Below, piece by piece: positions 34,957 to 46,625 of a stretch of DNA of 64,000 nt. Both the position numbers and the translations under genes were made by a program. How positions within the stretch are numbered: position 1 is the stretch's first letter; each line of letters starts with the position of its first letter. The notes under the pieces were generated by a model. The model saw only the letters and a program-made list of their open reading frames with translations, was not told the DNA's origin and made no database searches. Source of the DNA: Chlorokybus atmophyticus (Eukaryota > Plantae > Mesostigma and Chlorokybus algae); the NCBI GenBank assembly GCA_009103225.1, contig RHPI01000249.1, forward strand, positions 92,730 to 156,729. Reading direction: 5' to 3'.

Positions 34957-36534
34957 CGTCGCAAAATGTTACCCTTGACGGCCGATAATATATATAGAAT
35001 GGTCGTAGGTCTGAAAATGCTCAATCAGACTGTCGATGTTCAGGCTGCCGGCGCTCTCGATACAGGGGCCTGAGCATAACGGCCGTTACCATCAATCGAC
35101 GACCTTCTGCATAAAGGAACCAACTCTAACTGACAGGTACCTGTAAGGATACCCATCAGTAAAGCAAAAGGGACTTACCCTAATTGACAAGTAACTATCC
35201 GGTACCTAATAGTTAGGTACCGGCGACCGTACATTAACAAATTGTAGCTGACAGGTACCTCATGGTACCTGTCGTTACAAAAAGGGTACCTTGAACGGTA
35301 CTTGTTGAGTACGGTTCAGTCATGATTAAATACCTTACGTAAGTGTCATCAACAAACATGAAGTAATCATAAAATAGTATATTACATGTGCTGCAAGTCA
35401 TACTGGTACTATGCTACAACATGAACTACTGTGAGCGGCTACTACTGCTGTTGCTACTACTACTACTACTACCACCCTAATCCAAGGCCTTATACCAAGC
35501 CGCCGCTCTTGCGCTCCACCTCCGCCGCCGCTCTTTGTCCACTGCCGCTCCTGCAAGCACAAGTCAATCACACCAGCGCCATCAACAGTGGACAAATGCT
35601 CACAGTGTGACAACTTACATACACATGTTGTTGCTTGCCATATACCGCCGCCGCCTAGCCTAGCCTAGCCTAGCCTAGCCTAGCCTAGCCTGGCCTAGCC
35701 GCCCTGAGATCAGAAGGGCGGTTGGGATGCATGCGCTGTTGCACATAACACAACGTTACAACACCAAGCAAACTTGCTTACCGTTAGCCGTTGCCGCCGC
35801 CACCACCGCCGTCGCCGCCATTAGCGCTGCCGCCGCCGCTGCACAACTCCACTGTTTAACTTGCTTGAAGCTGTTGAGCGTTTGAACCTTGGGCAACCCA
35901 AGTGATTTAAACCCGTTGTCACAATGGCACCATCGTACCATGATTATGGTACGATGGTGCATTGTAGTAATGGGATTTTTGTACCATTCATATGGTACGA
36001 TAGTTGCATGTACCATCGTTTCGCATTGCTCGCCGGCCATAAAGGACGGGCGGTCACTAAATTGTCATAGTCGGTAGGTCGCCGCCGCACTAACGGATGA
36101 CTGGTGGTCTGCCGTCACTTATCAACTGGCGGGCAGGTCACGGAATAGGGACTGACAGTGACTGGCGCGGCCGCTTGCCATAGTAGGCAAGCGGCCGCGC
36201 ATACGGTAAGATGGTTATGGTACGACCGGCGGCCGACTGACGCAAAACATGACCGAAAGGTGACTATCTACTATGCTAGATAGGTCGCTATCGAGCAAAA
36301 TAGACGACCGGCAATCAACCGTCACTTGTCGATACGGTGACGTCACGTTCTAATCATTGCAGGCAGGTTTTAATCGCGTGTAGCTATCGGCCGACCGCTG
36401 GCCGTCATTAAATGTTGCTAAGTAGCACCGGCCATTCTATAAGTCCCGTCATGGACCAATTCGTTAGGTCAGGCAGGGTTAGGTACTCGTGAGTCCCTCA
36501 GTTCCTTAACAGTCACCGTGTAAAATTTGCGACG
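34957..36534 (+). mobile_element. Non-autonomous DNA transposon (~1.58 kb) with short imperfect TIRs beginning CGTCGCAAA and many internal hairpins
   Basis: Left end CGTCGCAAAATGTTAC (34957) and right end GTAAAATTTGCGACG (36534). No long ORF. A second partial copy lies at 30400-31557. Confidence 0.7.
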
Positions 36535-38169
36535 TTGGGACCATTCATATTCTCCCGTTTCGCTGCTCTTTGATCGAGAACCGCCATGTTCAAGACCGCT
36601 TGCCTGCTCAAATCAGCGTTCACCTTGTTCCAGCCTCGAGGGTGTCACCCATGAGCACTAGTACTTTCATTGTGCATCGGGCTAATCACAACATCAGCTT
36701 CGCATATTGTCGTCTTTGGCTGGGCATACCAGCCTCGAATATTGCACACACGCATACATATGCACACATATCCATATTATCGCATACGCGCACATATAAA
36801 TACATCCATGTGTGCATGGATGCATACGTATGAGTACTTCAAAGCAGACATTTGCATTAATACGCGCACATGTGCACTCATAAGAGAACATCTGCAGAAA
36901 TATGTTCATACATGTCACATGATGTCTGATCGGTTATAAACAGCTATGTGCTTCCACCATACATGCGTTATATTTCATCGCATTTCAAGCCTCATATGCT
37001 TTGGAGCAGACTTATGTGAGAGCACACCCACAACCACTACACATGCTTGTGAAATGTGGGTCCCAATTAGGCCTCCTCTTACCACATCAGTAAGAGACAG
37101 AGTAACTTTTGCTAACCCTATTTGCGTGACACACATGACTTCTACAGATGATTGCGCTTGAAAGTGTAACTGTCAATTGTAGTAAGCCGCGAACCACCAC
37201 CCACACATTGTTGTTGCATGCTGCATACAATCAAACAATTGCTCACATATCCGTATTGGATAGCATAATGATGACATCATAGCAAATTAAGGGTCGCTCA
37301 ACACCGGCAGCCATTGCATCCATCCGCTATTACCGGCGACACCTGTTTATCACAAGCGCAATGTGATCAATCAAGCCCATTGGAGTGCAAAGCGAGATAA
37401 GGACATCTACTCTCCATGTTCCATTCAGCTAGGCATATACATGTTGCTCAAACCATTGACTTACCGCCCAGTGCTGACAACATCAACGCAATAGAAATAA
37501 GCTTGTTACTTCTACACATTTGCAAAAACACCATGTGTCATGGCCCTACAAGCACACATTGTCGTTAGTAACATCGTTATTGTTACAAGAGAGAATGGAT
37601 ACATAAGTGTGTGCACTAACACACAACACACCTATCAAAGGGTCTCTTCATTGCGTGAATATGCAGGCCAAAAGCCATGGAGAAACTCTATGCGACGGTA
37701 GTGTAACGCCATAAGAGGGCCATGAGTAATATGCGTGGATGTCCACCTGCAGCAAAAAAAATCTATTTATTAAACAATGCCAATGCGTGCTACTTAATAG
37801 CACGTAATATGTACAACTCACCACACAAATGGCAAGGCTGATTGCGTACCGTTATGCACAAGTAGCTGCTGCCAGTAACGGAGCTACTGTCGATGTGAAT
37901 GCCGCTGCTGCTGTTGTTGTAGCTTCCATGAGTATGCTGTAGTTGATGTTGCCTTCGTTGGCAACAACACGACTTTGGCCTACTCGTCAAAGCTATACCG
38001 CAATCCTCTATGCCCATATCACTTCGGCATTGCACACTCCCCTTGGTTGTACTCCTCCCAAACCTTATACTTTGCCTCTCTCCGCCCCGTGTATAATCTA
38101 TCCGATACAGCAATTGTGCAACCGCCCCCACTCTCACCGGTGTTGTTTGCCAATCTGACACAGCGACAC

Positions 38170-38580
38170 ATGGAATCCCACCACCAAGCCTACCATTACC
38201 ACCACCCCATGCCCGTCCCCTTCTACTCCCTACCATCCATCGCCCGACCACCGCCGACCGCAACTGACATCAGACCGAGTAGGCCAGGGCGCTGCTGGCA
38301 AAGCGACGCATGGTCTCCCACCACCACGCCTACCACTACCACCCACCCGTCCCCTTCTACTCCCTACCATCCATCACCCGACCTCGGCCGACCGCAACTG
38401 ACACTGGTCCGACTAGGCCAGGACGCGGCTGGCAGAGCGCCGCATGGTATCCCACCACCACGCTTACCGCTACCACCACCCCATGCCCGTCCCCCTCTAC
38501 TCCCTATTATCAATCGCCCAACCAAGACCGACAGCCACTGACACTGATCCGACTGGGCCAGGGCGCGGTCAGTGCCGCTG
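38170..38580. repeat. Three diverged tandem repeats of about 134-140 bp
   Basis: Units begin TGGAATCCCACCACC (38171), TGGTCTCCCACCACC (38311) and TGGTATCCCACCACC (38445). Each contains CCCGTCCCC.TCTACTCCCTA and ACTGACA..G..CCGA.T.GGCCAGG. Confidence 0.9.
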
Positions 38581-38829
38581 TCTATCACAAATTCATCGAT
38601 CTGCTCTGGCTGGACGGACAGTAGCCCTGCCAGGCCAGGCTATTGCCTGCCCATCTCTTCGCCGCACTCCCGACCCACTCCCGACACCACTCCCGCTCAA
38701 CTGGTCAAGCACACACATTTCGCATATGCTTCAAGCATACGGTGTTCGTTTGTGCCCTTACACAAGTTGATACAGTATCGATGGCGGGACACCATTCCAC
38801 TCTTGCATCGTTTCGAGGCATTGACGTCC

Positions 38830-41190
38830 TCAATCAGAAAAATCAACACCATGAATAAATCGGTAGGCTTCAGCTCTAGATGGAAATGACCTGCCCTCCG
38901 GGCTGCAGCAACAAACCGCAACATCAGTGCTCTTGACAGGGCTACACACAGCGCGTCATCATGGCTTAGGCCTACCTCACAAACCGCCTTCGCGGCCTTC
39001 CTTGGCACTCATACTTGATGACAAACCAATTGCCTGGCAGCGGGATGATCAAAGCTGATGACTTTTGCCGTGCCTTGTCATACTCTGCTACTGTTAGCTG
39101 CTGATGTATCTGCTTGGAGGCTGTTCGCCGTCGAGTTTGCTTGCGATGCTGTTGCGAGATGTGTGCGTGCAGTGTAGCCTCATGCCGAACAGCAACCCCA
39201 GCACGCCTTTGCTGACTGCCCGTCTTGCTGGATGCTGGTGGAGACAACGGCCCTGCTTTGGCTGCTTGCTGCTTGAAGTAATGGCGTATCTGAGGTATAG
39301 TATAGAGCTTCACGCCGGTAGGTCTGAACATAGGACACACGGTGAATGACAACAGACTACCGTAGTGTTGTTCGCATGCTGTTCAGCTGAATCTGTGATA
39401 TGACATGATTTACGTAGTTGTCGAGCCAATACAAGATGAGATGTTTACAACAATTTACAACAACGCACTTTATGTTGACATGACACGTTCGAGGAGGGGA
39501 AGGGAGGGGNNNNNNNNNNNNNNNNNNNNNNNNNNNNNNNNNNNNNNNNNNNNNNNNNNNNNNNNNNNNNNNNNNNNNNNNNNNNNNNNNNNNNNNNNNN
39601 NNNNNNNNNNNNNNNNNNNNNNNNNNNNNNNNNNNNNNNGGGGGAGTTGAGTGCTTGTTTTGCAAGCCGTATGTGTCAGCCCTATGCCACGTGCCACCAC
39701 GGTATGCATGCACTGCCAGTAATGCTGCCTTACCCAATGTAGCGTTTGACACGGTTGCCACCCTTCTGAGTGTGGTAGTCTATCCTCCAGCCAGCTGGCA
39801 GCTGGTCCATATCCAACGCCTTAAGTGCGAGATGTGCATCTTGGTTGGTGCCGGATGTGTGCGCGAGTGATGATGGCTCTGCCAACTGAGGCTCCGACGG
39901 TGGTATGGCTTTGCGCGCAAGCTGTTTGAGCCGCATTCCTTTCGGAACCGCCATTGGCAGAAATGCCGCCTTTCCCTTCTTGCTTGGCCGGCCTGGCCCA
40001 ACACAGTTTGCTGAACGCTTCTTGTGATTGCGCGGTGCTGCGGGATCATCATCACCAGGACGTCTTATGTATGTCACAACGACAGCAGCGTAATCCAAGT
40101 CTGGTGGCTGCGTAAACGCGGCCAAAGTTTGCAGCTCGTCCTGCAAGGCATGAGTTGTTACCTCCAGATGTCTGTGAAGCACAATCCGTGGGTGCATGCA
40201 TGATGGTGTTGTGCGCAGGCATACATACATGCGCACACATCAATGCATGCACACACACAACATCCTTGCCACGGACACTGACCTGTGCCATGCCTTCAAT
40301 GTGAAGGTGTGGCACGTACGCTAAAGAAGCCTCTGTGTTGCGCGAAACAAGAGCTTCCGAGCTTGCACTGCCTTCTACATCATGTGGTTGCATGCATGTG
40401 GTAGAATCTGGAAGGCCACAGCACCGCTCCACATCCAGTGCGAGCTGCTGAAGAACTGCTTGGGACTGCGCCACTGTGCTGGGGTGCGCCTGTGTGCAGC
40501 AACGTAGTGCTAACAACCGAAGTTGCAAAGTTTTAACGCAACCAAAGGCAAACACAGCTAAAACGTAGCCAGTACCACACACTGCACTGACTACCGCCAG
40601 CCTGTCGTTGCTGGCAAAGAGAGGTCATCTCACCTTATCAGCAATGCTGCCTGCGAGTTCAGCGGCCAAGCCAGACCCGCTGAAGCCATTGCAGTGACCA
40701 TCCTCACTACCACGACTGCCAGGCTCAGCTGCGAGGTGTTCACTGTTCATCGTGGCGTTCTCTGTGAAACACCAGTCTGCACTGAGACCCAGGCCACTAC
40801 CGCTAAGCACTTCCACCTGCATAGCACACGATGGGAAAGGCTGTATGTATAATCTGAGCGCCGAGCCTTGGCAGCAAGCCACCAAGCCAAGCTGCCTCTG
40901 TTTTTCTTCAATTTATTGCAAACAACATAGCGTGATAAAAGTTGTTTTCGTCGCTCGTGACTGCGATAGCTATCAACCTAGGGTACAGTTGGGCTTGCTC
41001 TGTCGCCCTTTTCATCAGGAAGCGTTGGCGTAGGAGGAGCAGCAGACGGAGCAGAAGCTGGTAATGAAGGAGGAATTGTAGTAAAAAGACCTACGGAATA
41101 GGGCAGGGGCGGCAGCAGCATGCATCCATACACACTCCGCAAGGGACTTCTGCTCAGCAGTCAGCAGCTTTGATAGCTTGCGCAATGATA
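38830..41190 (-). CDS. Protein with two C-terminal MBD (methyl-CpG-binding)-like domains, multi-exon; start uncertain
   Basis: Splicing 39734>39323 gives LPAGWRIDYHTQKGGNRVKRYIG-PTGVKLYTIPQIRHYF. Splicing 38976>38902 gives LPGNWFVIKYECQGRPRRRFVS-PEGRSFPSRAEAYRFI, with the stop at 38830. Both joins are GT-AG and keep the frame. Confidence 0.7.
39510..39639. other. Assembly gap flanked by G-rich sequence, within an intron of the MBD-like gene
   Basis: N run preceded by GAGGAGGGGAAGGGAGGGG and followed by GGGGG. Confidence 0.95.
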
Positions 41191-41261
41191 TCTGCACGGT
41201 AAAGCGACTAATCCGCGACGGCCAAGCCGCCGCCGCCGCCTGATTGACAGCTGCTGCCACA

Positions 41262-41325
41262 GCTCAAGCTGGAAGTTGAGCTTGAGCTTCAGCTTCAGCT
41301 TGAGCTTGCAAGCTTCAGCTTTCAA
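41262..41325. repeat. AGCTT(G/C) hexamer array in the divergent region between the MBD-like gene and THOC5
   Basis: Sequence ...GAGCTTGAGCTTCAGCTTCAGCTTGAGCTTGCAAGCTTCAGCTTT... Confidence 0.8.
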
Positions 41326-41574
41326 CTAGGCCTACACCAGGCTTCTGCAAGCCTTTGCATTTGCTCACTGCTGCACTCAGCCCAATTTTTAAGTGCATCG
41401 GCAGCTGCTCGTCCTCGGGCTCACAACCACGGCAACCACGACAACGCCGCCCTTACTGAAAGCACATCAAACTGCGTGAAGACTTGCACATTGATTGCTG
41501 TTGCAACTCGCAAGTGTGTTGAGCTGCTGTGGCATTCCCGGCGGCGGCGGCGTGGTGGGGTGTCGTTGGCAGCG

Positions 41575-44500
41575 ATGGCGGCGGTTGCTGGAGAGCTTGG
41601 GGAGGTGTGCCGGGAGCTGAGGGAGGTGGCCGGCCTTGCTGTCACCGCCGCCACAGCAGCGGCGGGTAAGGGAGCTGGTGACAGCTTCAGCCAGCTGCAG
41701 CAGCAGCAGCTCGCTGAGGCTGCGGCGAAGGGTGCTCTGCTGATGCTGGAATTGAGGGAGCTCAACAGACGGGCTTACATGGCCGCCCACGAGGCTAAGG
41801 AGAAGACCGCCGCCGCCCGCAAGAGCCTCGACCATGCCCACCTCGGCCTCGCCGCCCTCATGTATGAGCGGGACCAGCTGGCAGCGGAGATCAATGCCTG
41901 CCGCTCCTTCAGGACCGCCTATCCTGACGTTGACGCCGCCCTCGCCCCTGCTTCCGCCTCCCCTACCGACCCACAACAGCCTCCCTCATCGCCCCACAAT
42001 GCCATGCTCGCGCGCCTGAGCAAAGAGCTGCAGGATCGCCAGGTGCTTGCATGCTCACTTGCAATGCAGCAGGTTTCGCACGCTATGACCACAAGTCCAA
42101 GTTGAGCAAGTGCGTGTATAGTGTGCGTGTTGTCGTGTGTATAAGCTTGGGGGGCATTTGTGCATGGTGTGTCCATCTAACGAGTGCGCATTGTGTGACT
42201 CTTAGCATTGCGCGCTCGCAGTCGCTAGCGGCGAGACTGGAGTCACTCAAGGCACGCAAGAAGGCCATGAAGCATGCACTGTCAGCACGCAGCAAGTTTC
42301 TGCAGGCGTTGCCAGCTCAGCTGGAGGCGCTCAAGGCAGCTTCACAGCCATTGCAGGAACAGCTGAAGCAGCCACATGCCGCGCGCAGTGCACAGCGGCG
42401 ATTGGCATCCCTTCTCCCAGCTCCTTTGTACTTGCTCTATTTGCAGCTTTCTGCGTATCATGATGCTTTTGACGCCAACATTCGCATTGGCATCAGTGGT
42501 GACGCCTCCACAGCTGCTGCTGAACTGGAATCAGATGGTGGGTTCACTCTGCTTGCTTGCTTGGTTGTAACAGCAAGAGCTGAAGGACTGGGCATTTACA
42601 TTGATTTGCATTGCACAGAAGTGGCTGAGCAGACTGGAATGCGCCTGACAGTAGACACCGCTGCACTCAGTGATGAGCAGCTTTACCGTACGCATCCGTT
42701 AAGCGTCGAGCTGCACGTCAGCGATGATCATGACGCCGCAGCTGAGCTGCTTGTGGTACGCTTGCTGTCTGTGCTGCTAAGCTGTTTCTCTATCAGGACC
42801 TGCTGACAACCTCAAGTGCAGGTGTCCTTTCGCTTCTTGCCTCGCTTGCATGTGATTGGTGTGGCGAGTTCTTTCCCGGATGGTTCATCCGCATCACTGG
42901 CCAACCTCTTCCCAAATGATACGGGTGAAGACACGCCCAACCAGGTACCCAGCACAACACTACATTGGTTGAGAAGGATGTGTCGAGCTCCCAGCTCTGA
43001 ATGTTGGCGGCCATTGTGTCTTGTGTGAGATGGCTGATACCCATACTGACAGGCGAGCAAGTTGCTTCATAATGGAGCATTCATGTTTGATGGTCAATTT
43101 CCAAGCAGGCCCTTTCGCTGGGCTCAGCACCTCGCTGGCCTTGACTTTCTTGATGACCCCTCAGCATCTGGTTGGTGGCATGGCTTCCCTTCACATGGTT
43201 GCATCAGAGAGGTGCTCAGGCTATGATTGGTTTGTGTGCAGGCATGCTTGGCAGCATTGAAGCATTGGCAGCGCACAGGCAACAGCAGCGATGTGCACGG
43301 GTTGTTGAGCAGCTACGCAACCGTGCAAGAGCCTTACAGGCAATACAGTGAGTTTGTTTGCTGCATATAAAACAACTATCATCCCATGTGTGCTGTGCCT
43401 CCTGGCCGTGTTCATCCCATGTGAACATGCAATAGCATTGCTCTGTAACTCTGGTACATGATCTGCGGGAACACGCTTGACGCACGTGTTGCAGTTGACA
43501 TATTGTGTGGTTTTACAACCATCTGACATTATGCCCATTTGGTGTAATGCAGAGCAGAAACGGCACAGCTGTTAAAGCTTAACATCCCGAATACGTTGCT
43601 TAAGTACACTCCCCAGTGCAAGCTTACAGAGTTCACAGAGGTAGAGCACCCACAAGAGCAGCCACCTTCCTTGCTACCCGCACACCAGCATAACTCGGCA
43701 GCAACACCCATGGTAACATCAGGAGTGCCACCATCTCCATCAGTCACGCCCACAGATTTTCCCCACTCAGCAATCTCCGTGTGCTATGCTGCCACACCTA
43801 TGGCCGCTCAAATGTCATCTGTAGCAGTTGTGGATGTAGTGCCACCGCCAGAACCACAGCTGCCATGGCATCTGCATGGCAAAAGGACATTTCGCCTGTG
43901 CGTACGCCTTCGCCACCCAACAGTTGAAGTTCAAGCAGGGGTTTGTTGCTCACTTGATATGCTTGTAGGACGCACACATGCGGGCATGCATCTACCCGGT
44001 GCTATCATAGCACATGCCTTGTGTCGTTGTTATGCATGAGAATACGTCCATGCAGGTGGAGCTGTACTTGGAGTATCCAACTCGTGCACCAAGTTTCCAT
44101 CTCAGCCTCTTACGTCCTGCATCGCCTCATCCATACACAAACGAGCTTGCTGCCATAGAGGCTGAGGTACAGTGCGTGTGTGGGGGGGGGGNNNNNNNNN
44201 NNNNNNNNNNNNNNNNNNNNNNNNNNNNNNNNNNNNNNNNNNNNNNNNNNNNNNNNNNNNNNNNNNNNNNNNNNNNNNNNNNNNNNNNNNNNNNNNNNNN
44301 NNNNNNNNNNNNNNNNNNNNNNNNNNNNNNNNNNNNNNNNNNNNNNNNNNNNNNNNNNNNNNNNNNNNNNNNNNNNNNNNNNNNNNNNNNNNNNNNNNNN
44401 NNNNNNNNNNNNNNNNNNNNCCATCACCATGGGGCTGAGAAGCTTGAGGACGCAAAAGGCCGCCCTTAGAGTGCTCAAAACCACTCACATGCTATTCATG

Positions 44501-44878
44501 TTGCAGGTCAACGCACATATCTGGGAGGTGGTGCCTGCAGAGCAGCGCCTTCAGTTGCTGACTCAACAAGTTGCGAGGCTCATGCAGTGTATCGACTTGG
44601 TTTTTGGCGGTGTGTCAGCCCAAGAAGTGCGTTGGCAACTCTGAGTCGGCATTAATAGTTGTTCTCACATCATCCAACTGCTGAGCATAACTGCAACGAA
44701 GCGATGTGAACATGCCAGGAATGATCCATGCACTTGAGAAATATGCATTGGGACTCGTGAAGTCTAGTATCTTACTGCATTATCTGGTGCGTTGCAGATG
44801 GGTTTGCGAGCCGTGCGAGGTAGAGATCGCAGAAAAGCCCTCGTCCCAAACGGAGGAGCTTTTGACCATCGTGTATAG
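41575..44878 (+). CDS. THOC5: THO complex subunit 5 (FMIP family), multi-exon, spans the gap at 44192-44420
   Basis: LELRELNRRAY..KEKTAAARKSLDHAHLGLAALMYERDQLAAEINACRSF, LLPAPLYLLYLQL, YRTHPLSVEL, LANLFPNDTGEDTPN, PFRWAQHLAGLDFL, LEYPTRAPSF, and last exon 44798-44878 GLRAVRGRDRRK. Confidence 0.88.
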
Positions 44879-46014
44879 ATTGCGTCATTATGGCTGATAT
44901 AGCGGCAGTTGCTAAAGGTATTAGGTCCTCTTAAGTCAGCATAAAAGCCAATTGTTGCAAGTGGGAAGGGAATTTTTCAATTCTGTGTTATGTGTGATGC
45001 TGAACTGAAACTGACAGGCATGGTGCAACCGCAGCAGACCAGTGGTAAGACTGGTAGAGACTCGCACAGCTGCTAACCCTGCTCTTGGAACTGCAAGTCA
45101 TTGTCATAGCTGTGTCTCTGTGCCGGCAGCTTACTGGCAATGTCGATGATTATGGTGTGCAACCTCATGAAATAGGTTCCGCAATCTGGTCTGACTGACC
45201 AGATGATTTGCCCTGGTTGTGCCAATGTATGTAAGGGGTATGCTGTGATCTATGACAACAGCCCAACACTTCACCTACAATCAGCCACACGAAGTGCAAT
45301 TGCTTACTTCACATTGTACATGCCATTGTGCTAGATATATTTACCCAATTGTGTGACCTAGCCGTACTAGTTGTACTGTGCAAGCATGATTTGCAAATGA
45401 GTATTGTAAAATGTTGCTCGTCATCCGCAAGGTATCACACTTAACAACCCCAGCTGATCAACTGTTCCTATTCGCTGAACCCTAACCCCAACTTCAACCC
45501 GAATCCCAACCCCAATCAACTACCGCTGTGCACTGATAATAGACCAATTGTGACACTACCATGGTAGGTATAGGCTAATGCCAAGCACGGTTGCCCTGCT
45601 TACATTCATCCTTAAGCTCTGTTCATTTTCACATTATGAGGCCCTTGGGCCAAGCAATGTTGTTGTAGCGTTGTGGTCTAAGTAGCTGTCGTCGTGCATG
45701 CTGCCGCCCCTGCTGAAGGACTCAGCCTGACCTCTCCATGTGCCTCTACTGCGCTCTGCAAGTTTTTGTTTTTGTTCCTTACTGCCTTGCCCGCCTCTGC
45801 ATGCTGCCTCAATTGCAGGGTCCTAGTCTAGTATAAGGTCATGTCTTAGGCTAGGCTCGGTTGGTGTAAGCTCTGTCTTGGCCCCTACTTGATTGTGCTA
45901 TTCTGCGTACTGCTACTGTGTTTGTTGCATGTCTTGTAACCATGTGGAAGTATGATGGCACTAGGTGAGTCACATGCTAGCTGAGCGCGCCTGACCTGGG
46001 CATGCGCCGCGAGG

Positions 46015-46525
46015 GTGTGTGTAACATATATGCAATGTTATGCATGTGACCCCATTGCATTGTGAACATGACATGCACACACACGCACACTTGCACACGC
46101 CAGCAAACAACTTCTTACACCACCGGGCTACCTATACAAACTAGGTAGCTACTTTCGCTAAGCCCTTGCCCCGTTAGTCAACATGCATGCGTAGTTACCT
46201 GTACACAAGTAGAGTCCCCACAGTTAGGCACCGGTGTGGCTGTAGTTGTGGCAGCAGCACAAAGCAGACGGACTCCCCCTCCCTCTGCTCTCTCGCTCTC
46301 TCTCCACCCGCCGCCCTGCTTCTCTCTTGGCAGTCTGCGCCCCTGCTGCTGTTGACGCTGCCAGGGTTGCAGTGTCAACGTCAGCAGTACGCAACTGCGT
46401 GCAAGGCTGTCGCGACTTGCCCGCATGGTCGTCAGTGGCTGAATGTCGCATGCTGTGCCAGTGCAGTCGGTTGTGGTTTGAGGCTGGCAGTTAGGTGCTG
46501 CGGTGGGGTTGGGTGGTGGGGTTGG
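46015..46525 (-). repeat. PLE terminal direct repeat (pLTR), downstream copy
   Basis: Matches 49771-50283 except for one CA unit and about three substitutions. Confidence 0.95.
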
Positions 46526-46625
46526 AGCGATATTTGCTTCGTACAGGCAAGCTGCTTTACCACGCAGCTTGCTCCTCGCGCATGATGCCTGTTGGGCAGT
46601 GTGTCATTGCCGGTGCTGCACGTCT

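Noticed and set aside
30400-36534. The two ~1.1-kb direct repeats as LTRs of the DNMT-Gypsy element
   Set aside because: They are much too diverged from each other and lack TG...CA ends. The gag fragment lies outside them, the integrase is truncated before the right copy, and that copy has its own TIRs.
38590-38980. Degenerate Ulp1/C48 protease suggested by QQQTATS..GLHTAR
   Set aside because: The segment overlaps an intron and exon of the minus-strand MBD-like gene, and the catalytic DCG motif is missing.
45477-45520. Interstitial telomere-like repeat (AACCCT-like)
   Set aside because: Only one or two good units in a short degenerate tract, which is compatible with chance low-complexity sequence.
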